37,197 nucleotides of DNA, taken from positions 1 to 37,197 of IMG/VR virus record IMGVR_UViG_3300048609_000006, one strand, 5' to 3'. This document shows, in pieces, positions 9,026 through 15,315 of this stretch. Below the pieces are notes generated by a model. That model saw only the letters and a program-made list of their open reading frames with translations, did not search any database and was not told the DNA's origin. The stretch comes from a virus (lineage: Duplodnaviria; Caudoviricetes). The position numbers were made by a program, and so were the translations under genes. How positions within the stretch are numbered: position 1 is the stretch's first letter; each line of letters opens with the position of its first letter.

Positions 9026-9243
9026 TTCCGCACCCCGAATTTTACTGATAACATAAAATCAAGTGCATCTTGTGGGCTTATGTCTAACTGAGGAGCTACA
9101 TGATTTGCTATCTGTTTTAATGATGCTGACTCTCCTAATTGACGCTTACCAATTTCGAATACTGCTTGTCCGGCTACTTGCTTAAAACTGTTTATCTCAG
9201 CGGTTATGACTGTTAGGTCACTTGATAATGCGAGTTGGTTCAT
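9022..9243 (-). CDS. Short protein with a DUF3102-like N-terminal helix
   Basis: Start ATG 9243 after AAGGAGG. 'LSSDLTVITAEINSFKQVAGQAVFEIGKR', then diverges. Confidence 0.6.
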   Translation of the reverse strand: MNQLALSSDLTVITAEINSFKQVAGQAVFEIGKRQLGESASLKQIANHVAPQLDISPQDALDFMLSVKFGVRK

Positions 9244-9332
9244 TTGTTTTCCGCCTCCTTCTAACACAATTTAGGCATGACGAGATAGCACCATTTTGAA
9301 TAAAGTGGCTTTTGTTTGATTGACAATGTGAC

Positions 9333-10355
9333 TCATTTCCTTTTCATTTCAACAACTTTTCCATCTGTTTGTTTTTTTGCAGGATTTAATTGGTTTTTTT
9401 GAGCATCTATTATCTTTTGACTGAGCGATTTGATCTGATCGGCGATAAAGGTCAAGTGGTCAATCGCTTCTTTGGAACGGTTAAACTCAATCATCAAGTC
9501 AATCATTTTCGGATCAGGTTGGACAAGAAGGTTTGCGCCTCTCAGGTTCTTAAAGAACCCCTCAAGCTCCGTCAATCGCTTATTCGCATTCAACTCTTCA
9601 TCTGTAGGTATTGGCGGCTTCATTCCGGATGCTTGGTGTTCGGCTAAAATGTCATGTCTGGCTTCTTGAACAGCTTGTTTGATATCCGCCTTAATCGCCA
9701 TTTTCTGAATCTCAGTAGGAGGTATGTTGGTTTCAATTGCTTTCTGTTTTAATTCCGGCGATATGGACTCGTCTTTCAGGACTTTCACGAGTTGTTCGGT
9801 TTCTCGGGTAGTCAAGTCTTCTTTGACAACCTTGTCTGCGATGGCGGATTGTAGCTCTTTTGGAGCTTGAGCAATTCCTCGCGCTTGAGTTGGATTTATC
9901 ACGCGCGTGATAATTTTCTCTTTAATGGATTCATCAAGCCCAAGTAATGACAATCTATAGCTGACCCAATTTTGAGTTTTACCAAACTCCTTAGAAACCC
10001 TATCCTGCGTCCATTTGAACTGTTCGATCATCTGCCGGATGCCTTCTGCTTCTTCCAATTCTGAAAGGCTGTGTGATTGAATATTGGCAGTCATCAATGC
10101 CTTGAATGCTTGTTCGTCATCCATTTCAACCACATCACAATTCACGTCAAGCGAGCCTATTTTAGTGATTGCAACCTTTCTTCGATGACCCGAAATGATC
10201 TGAAATCCATCGCCCCACGGTCTTACGAGTATTGCAGTAAGCAAACCCATTTCTTTAATGCTTTCCACAAGCTCGTCTATGTTCAATTGCTTACGCGGAT
10301 TATTAGGATGCTCGTACAATTTACTTAGCTTTACGACTTGCCTTTTCGACTTCAC
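9333..10355 (-). CDS. ParB/Spo0J-like protein
   Basis: 'NPRK...ELVESIKEMGLLTAILVR...IISGHRR' ParB N-terminal CTP-binding patch. HTH 'WTQDRVSKEFGKTQNWVSYRLSLL'. Confidence 0.9.
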   Translation of the reverse strand: MKSKRQVVKLSKLYEHPNNPRKQLNIDELVESIKEMGLLTAILVRPWGDGFQIISGHRRKVAITKIGSLDVNCDVVEMDDEQAFKALMTANIQSHSLSELEEAEGIRQMIEQFKWTQDRVSKEFGKTQNWVSYRLSLLGLDESIKEKIITRVINPTQARGIAQAPKELQSAIADKVVKEDLTTRETEQLVKVLKDESISPELKQKAIETNIPPTEIQKMAIKADIKQAVQEARHDILAEHQASGMKPPIPTDEELNANKRLTELEGFFKNLRGANLLVQPDPKMIDLMIEFNRSKEAIDHLTFIADQIKSLSQKIIDAQKNQLNPAKKQTDGKVVEMKRK

Positions 10356-10662
10356 GAGCTATTTCCTCCATTTCAGGGAAGAACTCATTTGGTACTGGAA
10401 TACCTCGGGATACTGAATCCTCATCCAGTTTCTTAATCTCAATGAAGTCTTTGTATATTCGATCCGTTCGCTTCTTCCGATATTTCATGATATCTTGATA
10501 AGTCATAACTGGCTTGTACTTGTTCCTGCCAGTATTCAGCACCTTAAATCCTCCAGCGCGGATTGCGGCATTTACAGCATTGCGGACATAAGCCATTTTC
10601 TGATTCCTCGGTGCTACTGTCCGAATTTCATTTTTTGTCTTTTCGTCAATCAATTCGACCAC
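10321..10662 (-). CDS. Basic hypothetical protein
   Basis: 113 aa, fills the gap between the ORF6N and ParB genes. Confidence 0.6.
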   Translation of the reverse strand: MVELIDEKTKNEIRTVAPRNQKMAYVRNAVNAAIRAGGFKVLNTGRNKYKPVMTYQDIMKYRKKRTDRIYKDFIEIKKLDEDSVSRGIPVPNEFFPEMEEIAREVEKASRKAK

Positions 10663-10663
10663 A

Positions 10664-11470
10664 TCATATCGTCATAGAGCGAATCGATAATTCCTTTACG
10701 ATGCTGGTGTAGATTTCTTTCAAGCGTTTATCATTTTCGATAATGTCCATTTTTGAAGCATCCTTAATTTTTGTTTTTGTCGCCCCGCTATCTTCCAATC
10801 GCTTTTTTAGATTAGTTAATTGTATGTTGAGACGGCATCCAGCTCTTTCCTCTAAAATGCGATATGTTTCATTGCGAAGAGCTTGAAAATCTTGTCCATC
10901 GCTATTCCGTACCGCGCTGTTGAACATGGTGTTAATGGACTTGCGCCAATCGTCATCACGCTGAATGATGGTTTCTTTGATGGTTGTGACGGCTGTAAGC
11001 GCCTTTTGCGACTGCTCTGTGACATCAGACAATTGCTGCTGCATCTTAGCGTTATCAATTTGAATTCTGGCTTGTCCATCCCATATCTGTTTGAACATCT
11101 GCATTTCTGGAGACAATAGGGATAAATCAATAGATTGTTGTTTAACGGTGTAATAATCGTCAACCAGCATTTCGTAAACTTCCCAAGCGGAATCGGTGTT
11201 TAATGATTTGGCATGGAGCCAAGCGCCTTTTTCTGTCCAAAGGTAGATGGTTTTTGCATTTTTTAAACCATCGTCAATTTGTACATGGTTCAAAAAGTCG
11301 CGTTTCGCTTGATCTTCCAAGGCGAAAAAGTGTTTTCCGAGCAAGTAGCGATTTTCATTCCTAATGAAGTTTTTACTAATGTTCTGTGAATCAGTTCCAA
11401 GCGATTCTGCTAATTGTGCTGATGTAAGCACTCGTTGATTGTTGTGTACGATTGGGGTTAATTGGTTCAT
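10664..11470 (-). CDS. ORF6N-domain antirepressor-like protein
   Basis: 'NQRVLTSAQLAESLGT...NFIRNENRY...YLWTEKGAWLHAKSLNTDSAW'. Confidence 0.9.
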   Translation of the reverse strand: MNQLTPIVHNNQRVLTSAQLAESLGTDSQNISKNFIRNENRYLLGKHFFALEDQAKRDFLNHVQIDDGLKNAKTIYLWTEKGAWLHAKSLNTDSAWEVYEMLVDDYYTVKQQSIDLSLLSPEMQMFKQIWDGQARIQIDNAKMQQQLSDVTEQSQKALTAVTTIKETIIQRDDDWRKSINTMFNSAVRNSDGQDFQALRNETYRILEERAGCRLNIQLTNLKKRLEDSGATKTKIKDASKMDIIENDKRLKEIYTSIVKELSIRSMTI

Positions 11471-11517
11471 TGGTCATCTTTCCTTTCCGTAAAACTAAAC
11501 AAGAACAAATATTCCGA

Positions 11518-11546
11518 TTGCGTTAATTAAATGCGCGGTGTATAAT
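11518..11546 (+). promoter_or_regulatory. Rightward sigmaA-type promoter antisense to cro (PRE-like)
   Basis: TTGCGT (11518-11523), 17 bp spacer, TATAAT (11541-11546). Confidence 0.6.
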
Positions 11547-11579
11547 CCTTATTGTGAGTTAATGGATTGCTACATGGCA

Positions 11580-11813
11580 TCATTGCGCCAAGTCTTGAAA
11601 CAAGTCATCGACTGTGGTTTCGAAATACTTAGCAAGTTTAAACATAAAGCCTGCTTCTGGGTTACACAGACCACCCTCAAGTCTGCGGATAAAACTTTCA
11701 GTAACACCTAAATCTAAAGCGACGGCAAGTTGAGTTTTGCTTTTTTGTAAACGAAGAATTTTGAATCGAGTGCGCTTCTGGATGGTACGGGAATCTGCTT
11801 TGCGTCTAGCCAT
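11580..11813 (-). CDS. Cro-like XRE HTH regulator
   Basis: Start ATG 11813 after AAAGGAG. 'KTQLAVALDLGVTESFIRRLEGG...LAKYFETTVDDLF'. Divergent from the repressor. Confidence 0.85.
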   Translation of the reverse strand: MARRKADSRTIQKRTRFKILRLQKSKTQLAVALDLGVTESFIRRLEGGLCNPEAGFMFKLAKYFETTVDDLFQDLAQ

Positions 11814-11850
11814 GCGGTATCTCCTTTCAATGTATTTGTATGCGTTGCGT

Positions 11851-11901
11851 GTGCATTTTCTGCGCACGACAAATATACCATGTGCATATTGTGCGCGTCA
11901 A
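11851..11901. promoter_or_regulatory. Genetic switch: two 15-bp operators and the leftward early promoter
   Basis: GTGCATTTTCTGCGC (11851-11865) and GTGCATATTGTGCGC (11882-11896), pseudo-palindrome GYGCA-N5-TGCRC. Minus-strand TTGACG (11896-11901), 18 bp, TATATT (11872-11877) with extended TG. Confidence 0.75.
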
Positions 11902-11934
11902 CATATTTTTTTTGATAAAGAAAGGTGTATATTA

Positions 11935-12708
11935 ATGATTTCTGATAAGGAACATAAAAAGCTTATAGGGTTGCGTCTTAGGGGATTGAGAGAAAAAGCT
12001 GGATTAATTCAGTCCGAAGTTGCAGAAGCAACAAATTCAGAAAGAGCAAGTATCTCAAATTATGAAATAGGGAGAGCTATTCCTCCCAGTAAGGTTCTAA
12101 AATCATTAGCTCTTTTATTTCATACAACAATTGACTATATCCTCGGAAAAACAGATGATCCGCAATTAACCGCAAAACTTAACCAACGAGATACCGAGGA
12201 AAAAGAACTCACTGAAAAAATATTTTTAAAACTAAAATATACAGTAGACATCGAAAATAATTTCTTTGAGTATTTACGAGAAGACATATTCAAGGCAATA
12301 TCAGATAATCTATATATGGCTTATGCGTACCATAATGCTAATGACAACGACTTTTATATTAATCATTTCAAAAAATACTTTGGATCATTGGATGAATTTA
12401 CAAAAAGAGAACACGAAGAATCTACCGAGGAATTTAAAAAAGCATATAATTTTTCTAATGTTAAAAAAGTGTTAGAACTCACTAACAGAGAGCGCAAAGA
12501 GATATTCCTTTCTAGTCTTCAAAATATAATTGATAAATACAACATAAAAAACCCCGACCCATTGGCGAATGAGAAGGAGTTTAGTAACACTTTATTCGAT
12601 AAGATAAAAGTTCTTGCCAATAAACATGGCATGGATTTAGCTGATCCTTCAACGCTTGAATTGATGGATAGTGCGTTCGATTTCATTAAGAGGATGAAGT
12701 CTAAATAA
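11935..12708 (+). CDS. CI-like repressor, XRE HTH plus uncharacterised C-terminal domain
   Basis: Start ATG 11935 after AAAGGTG. 'IGLRLRGLREKAGLIQSEVA...ISNYEIG...TTIDYILGKTD'. No recognisable S24 peptidase motifs. Confidence 0.85.
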   Translation: MISDKEHKKLIGLRLRGLREKAGLIQSEVAEATNSERASISNYEIGRAIPPSKVLKSLALLFHTTIDYILGKTDDPQLTAKLNQRDTEEKELTEKIFLKLKYTVDIENNFFEYLREDIFKAISDNLYMAYAYHNANDNDFYINHFKKYFGSLDEFTKREHEESTEEFKKAYNFSNVKKVLELTNRERKEIFLSSLQNIIDKYNIKNPDPLANEKEFSNTLFDKIKVLANKHGMDLADPSTLELMDSAFDFIKRMKSK

Positions 12709-12783
12709 TTCGATCAAATCATAATAAAATAATTCGCCCTGATCCATCGATTCTTTCAGACAAATTTCCTTCTGCTTGTCCAT
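12649..12783 (-). CDS. Unannotated 44-aa protein, candidate SOS-inducible antirepressor
   Basis: MDKQKEICLKESMDQGELFYYDLIELFRLHPLNEIERTIHQFKR. RBS AAGGGAAGTGG. Has its own promoter overlapped by a LexA box. Confidence 0.6.
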   Translation of the reverse strand: MDKQKEICLKESMDQGELFYYDLIELFRLHPLNEIERTIHQFKR

Positions 12784-12825
12784 TATCCACTTCCCTTATG
12801 ATTTATTTCTCTTAATGGGAATTTC

Positions 12826-12861
12826 ATTATAGCATATGAGTATAATACGAACAACCGTTCT
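12826..12861 (-). promoter_or_regulatory. LexA (Cheo) box overlapping the -35 of a leftward extended -10 promoter
   Basis: CGAAC-AACC-GTTCT at 12848-12861. Minus-strand TTGTTC (12849-12854), 17 bp, TATAAT (12826-12831) preceded by TG. Confidence 0.75.
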
Positions 12862-13078
12862 ATCATCATGTAAAACGTTTCAATAGGAAAATTATAGCTC
12901 TAATCGACAAGGTTTGTATATGTGCTGAAAGTGCCAAGAAAATATTAGATTTGAAACGAAGACCTCAACTTCGCTTAAAAATGTCTAGTAAAATTTGCTC
13001 AGTTCTGCTAAACTAAATTTCGACAAAGTTTACAGCAAATACTCCAGCCGATGGGGATAATACAAATGGGGAATTATA

Positions 13079-13690
13079 ATGGGATTTTTAAAAGTATTAG
13101 GTTGGATATTTGTGCCATACATAATGATGGTTGTCCAATGGAAGAAAACAAGTAAGGTAGTAAAGGTGTTCGGCGGCATATGGGCACTTGTAGCATTGCT
13201 TGTCGTTATTGGATCATTTATGCCAACACCTCCACCGACAGCAGAAGAGATTGCGAGAGAGCAGGTACAAGCAGCCAAACTACAAAAAATAAAAGATGAT
13301 GGTGACGCTAAGATTGCAGCTATTGAGGCAGAAGCGGAAGCTATAAAAGTAAAAAATGCAAAGGCAGAAGAAGAAAAAGCTGCTGAAGAAGAAAAAGCAA
13401 GGATCGCAAAGGAAATTGAAGACAGCAAACCGAAGCTTGAAGTGTTGGATCACAAGTGGGTAAACGAAGAATATAGCAGTTATGTATCGGGTACTGTCAT
13501 CAATAACACAAAGAAAGAATACTCATACGCCCAAGTCGAGGTTAATCTATATGACAAAGACGGAGCTGTTGTCGGTAGTTCCTTAGCAAACATTAATAAT
13601 TTAGAGGGTGGCGCAAAATGGAAGTTCAAAGCCGTTGTTCTTGAGGATAACGTAGCTAGCTATAAAATAAAAGATGTTACTGGATTTTAG
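13079..13690 (+). CDS. Membrane-anchored FxLYD-domain protein
   Basis: N-terminal hydrophobic helices, charged helical stalk, C-terminal 'VSGTVINNT...YAQVEVNLYDKDGAVVGSSLANINNLEGGAKWKFKA'. Confidence 0.85.
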   Translation: MGFLKVLGWIFVPYIMMVVQWKKTSKVVKVFGGIWALVALLVVIGSFMPTPPPTAEEIAREQVQAAKLQKIKDDGDAKIAAIEAEAEAIKVKNAKAEEEKAAEEEKARIAKEIEDSKPKLEVLDHKWVNEEYSSYVSGTVINNTKKEYSYAQVEVNLYDKDGAVVGSSLANINNLEGGAKWKFKAVVLEDNVASYKIKDVTGF

Positions 13691-13710
13691 AGCCCTCCTG
13701 GGCTTTTTTT
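13691..13710 (+). terminator. Intrinsic terminator
   Basis: AGCCC-TCCT-GGGCT followed by a T run. Confidence 0.8.
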
Positions 13711-13820
13711 ATTCCCCATATTTCCCTATCTGAATCCTTATCAACTCCGCAAGTTAACAATCACCAGACTCACGTTAATTCTGAGGAAAAAATTATTTTC
13801 ATGTTCGTACTATGTTCCCA

Positions 13821-13849
13821 TTTACTTAGTAAACTATCTGTGTTACATT
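13821..13849 (+). promoter_or_regulatory. sigmaA promoter with inverted-repeat operator over the -35
   Basis: TTTACT, 17 bp, TACATT with extended TG. Palindrome TTTACT-T-AGTAAA at 13821-13833. Confidence 0.65.
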
Positions 13850-13885
13850 AAATATATGGAAAACAAACAAACGGAGGTAATGAAG

Positions 13886-14188
13886 ATGGGAAGATTGATG
13901 AGCATTGTAAAAAGAAATGTGAATGTAGAAGTGATAAAAAATACTAAAGATAATTACGAGATCGTGTTGGATGGTGCTACTTATAAAACTTATGTGGTTT
14001 GCTTAAGGGGCATCCCATCTTGGTCAGTTCCGGCAGAAGCTTGCAAAAAACATTTTGGAATAGCAAAAGAAAGCTTCATCGAACATCATTCGGCTAAAGC
14101 AATTCATGAAGCCAACGAAAAAAACAGAAAAAGCAATTACGCTTTTAGGGAAAATCAACGCAAAGAGTTTTATGGAGAAGTTGAATAA
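13886..14188 (+). CDS. Small hypothetical accessory protein (~100 aa)
   Basis: Probable start ATG 13886, 7 nt after GGAGGT. The stop codon abuts the hammerhead. Confidence 0.75.
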   Translation: MGRLMSIVKRNVNVEVIKNTKDNYEIVLDGATYKTYVVCLRGIPSWSVPAEACKKHFGIAKESFIEHHSAKAIHEANEKNRKSNYAFRENQRKEFYGEVE

Positions 14189-14238
14189 GATCGAAACCGC
14201 TACGGCGGTCTAACGGTGAAGCCGTTACTGACGAGATC
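14189..14238 (+). ncRNA. Type II hammerhead self-cleaving ribozyme
   Basis: GATC (stem II), GAAA, CCGC/TACG/GCGG (stem III), TC^, TAACGG/TGAAG/CCGTTA (stem I), CTGACGA, GATC (stem II). All core nucleotides present. GUC cleavage predicted after 14210. Confidence 0.93.
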
Positions 14239-14318
14239 AGAATTCGAGTTAGATAAAAAAGCAATTGAAGAAAAGTCGCGGCTAACAAAGGGTAGCGGAC
14301 TTAAAGGAGTTAATTAAA

Positions 14319-14735
14319 ATGTCAGAATTTAAAAATGTTACTGTGAATTATATGGAACTCGTTAAATTGGTGAACGGATCGGACTCTTTCGGTCACTTCG
14401 ATTTCTCTTTATTGGCAGATGGCACAATTGCCGTGCTAGAAAAAGATCGCTCTGCTGATGATGTCATTTCACGCTTTCGTGTTGGATCGAGCCATAACGA
14501 CCGCGCAAATCGTTTCTTGGGAAAATGGGAAGATAACATTACTGCTGAGGATTTAGCTGATTGGGACTTCGGTAACGAGTTAGACGAACTTGAGGAATAT
14601 GTAATAAACTCTCTTATGCCGGAGCAAGATGCGATATATAATGTGATTTTCGAGGGGGATAGGAATACAACAAAAATGGCAATAAAGGAAGCGTTCGTAA
14701 ACAAAAACAGTGGAACGCTTGTGTTAGGCATATAA
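14319..14735 (+). CDS. Acidic hypothetical accessory protein (138 aa)
   Basis: RBS AAAGGAG. D/E-rich segment 'WEDNITAEDLADWDFGNELDELEEY'. Confidence 0.8.
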   Translation: MSEFKNVTVNYMELVKLVNGSDSFGHFDFSLLADGTIAVLEKDRSADDVISRFRVGSSHNDRANRFLGKWEDNITAEDLADWDFGNELDELEEYVINSLMPEQDAIYNVIFEGDRNTTKMAIKEAFVNKNSGTLVLGI

Positions 14736-14763
14736 AAAAAGAAAGCCCAGGGGCTTTCTTTTT
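14736..14763. terminator. Bidirectional intrinsic terminator
   Basis: AAAAAGAAAGCC-CAGG-GGCTTTCTTTTT. Confidence 0.85.
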
Positions 14764-14770
14764 CACATCA

Positions 14771-14840
14771 CATGTTACGGTTAAATGATTTTAAATAAAA
14801 TGTAATTAAGATATTTCAATACACTTCATGTTGCGGTTAA
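14771..14840. repeat. 14-bp direct repeat CATGTTRCGGTTAA
   Basis: Copies at 14771-14784 and 14827-14840, one mismatch. Confidence 0.7.
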
Positions 14841-14889
14841 TAAACCTATGATAAACCAACTTGCGAAAAAATACAACAGGAGGTTTTTT

Positions 14890-15300
14890 ATGTATAAGGG
14901 CTTAGCGGTTCAATTTTACAACATAATTAAAGGCGAAACACAGGACACCAGCATGATCGCCCAATGTTTAAATAAGATGCATCAGGACGGATTCGATTTA
15001 CAAGAGCTTTTAGACTCGGGACTTTTGGCATTCGAGAAAGGATTGGTCGAATCTATATTAAAAAAACCAAAAGAGGATCCTTTAATTAATTCCAAGGAGT
15101 TTGCGGGAATGCTTGAGATTAGTAAACAGGCTTTCCATCAGCGTTATAAACGTTCTTTAAACCCTAACAGTGAAAGTGATCTTCCAGTTGCTTCGTACTC
15201 CCAAGATGGCAAGAACCCAATGTGGTATTTGTCTGTAGTGCAGACTTATGTAGTTCGCAGGAAAATGAATAGAAACAAAAAAAGCCCCCACCTGAAATAG
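14890..15300 (+). CDS. Putative regulator with C-terminal excisionase/MerR-like HTH
   Basis: Start ATG 14890 after AGGAGG. 'LINSKEFAGMLEISKQAFHQRYKR...LPV...NPMWYLSVVQTY'. Confidence 0.7.
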   Translation: MYKGLAVQFYNIIKGETQDTSMIAQCLNKMHQDGFDLQELLDSGLLAFEKGLVESILKKPKEDPLINSKEFAGMLEISKQAFHQRYKRSLNPNSESDLPVASYSQDGKNPMWYLSVVQTYVVRRKMNRNKKSPHLK

Positions 15301-15311
15301 CGTGAGGGCTT
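15277..15311 (-). terminator. Terminator at the end of the late/lysis operon
   Basis: AAGCCC...GGGCTT stem with a T run on the minus strand, between convergent genes. Confidence 0.7.
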
Positions 15312-15315
15312 GGGT

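Noticed and set aside
9333-10662. ParABS plasmid partition cassette
   Set aside because: The gene upstream of parB has no Walker A motif and no ParA is visible in the window, so a complete partition system cannot be claimed.
11562-11711. 49-codon plus-strand ORF downstream of the PRE-like promoter
   Set aside because: No convincing RBS and almost wholly antisense to cro. More likely untranslated antisense RNA.
11737-11934. N-terminal extensions of cI (from 11737) and cro (from 11867) in the ORF track
   Set aside because: They overlap each other and the operators. Good RBS-ATG pairs exist at 11935 and 11813.
13020-13055. Possible dif-like (XerCD) site to explain the missing integrase
   Set aside because: Only TGTAAACT of the right arm matches on the minus strand. 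The left arm and spacer do not fit the Bacillus dif consensus.
13803-13817. GTTC-N7-GTTC direct repeat resembling an alphaproteobacterial LexA box
   Set aside because: The host is Bacillota-like, where LexA binds GAAC-N4-GTTC. The match is short and probably chance.
13030-14731. Minus-strand ORFs 13030-13428 and 14393-14731
   Set aside because: Low-complexity mirrors of plus-strand genes that have their own RBS and terminators.
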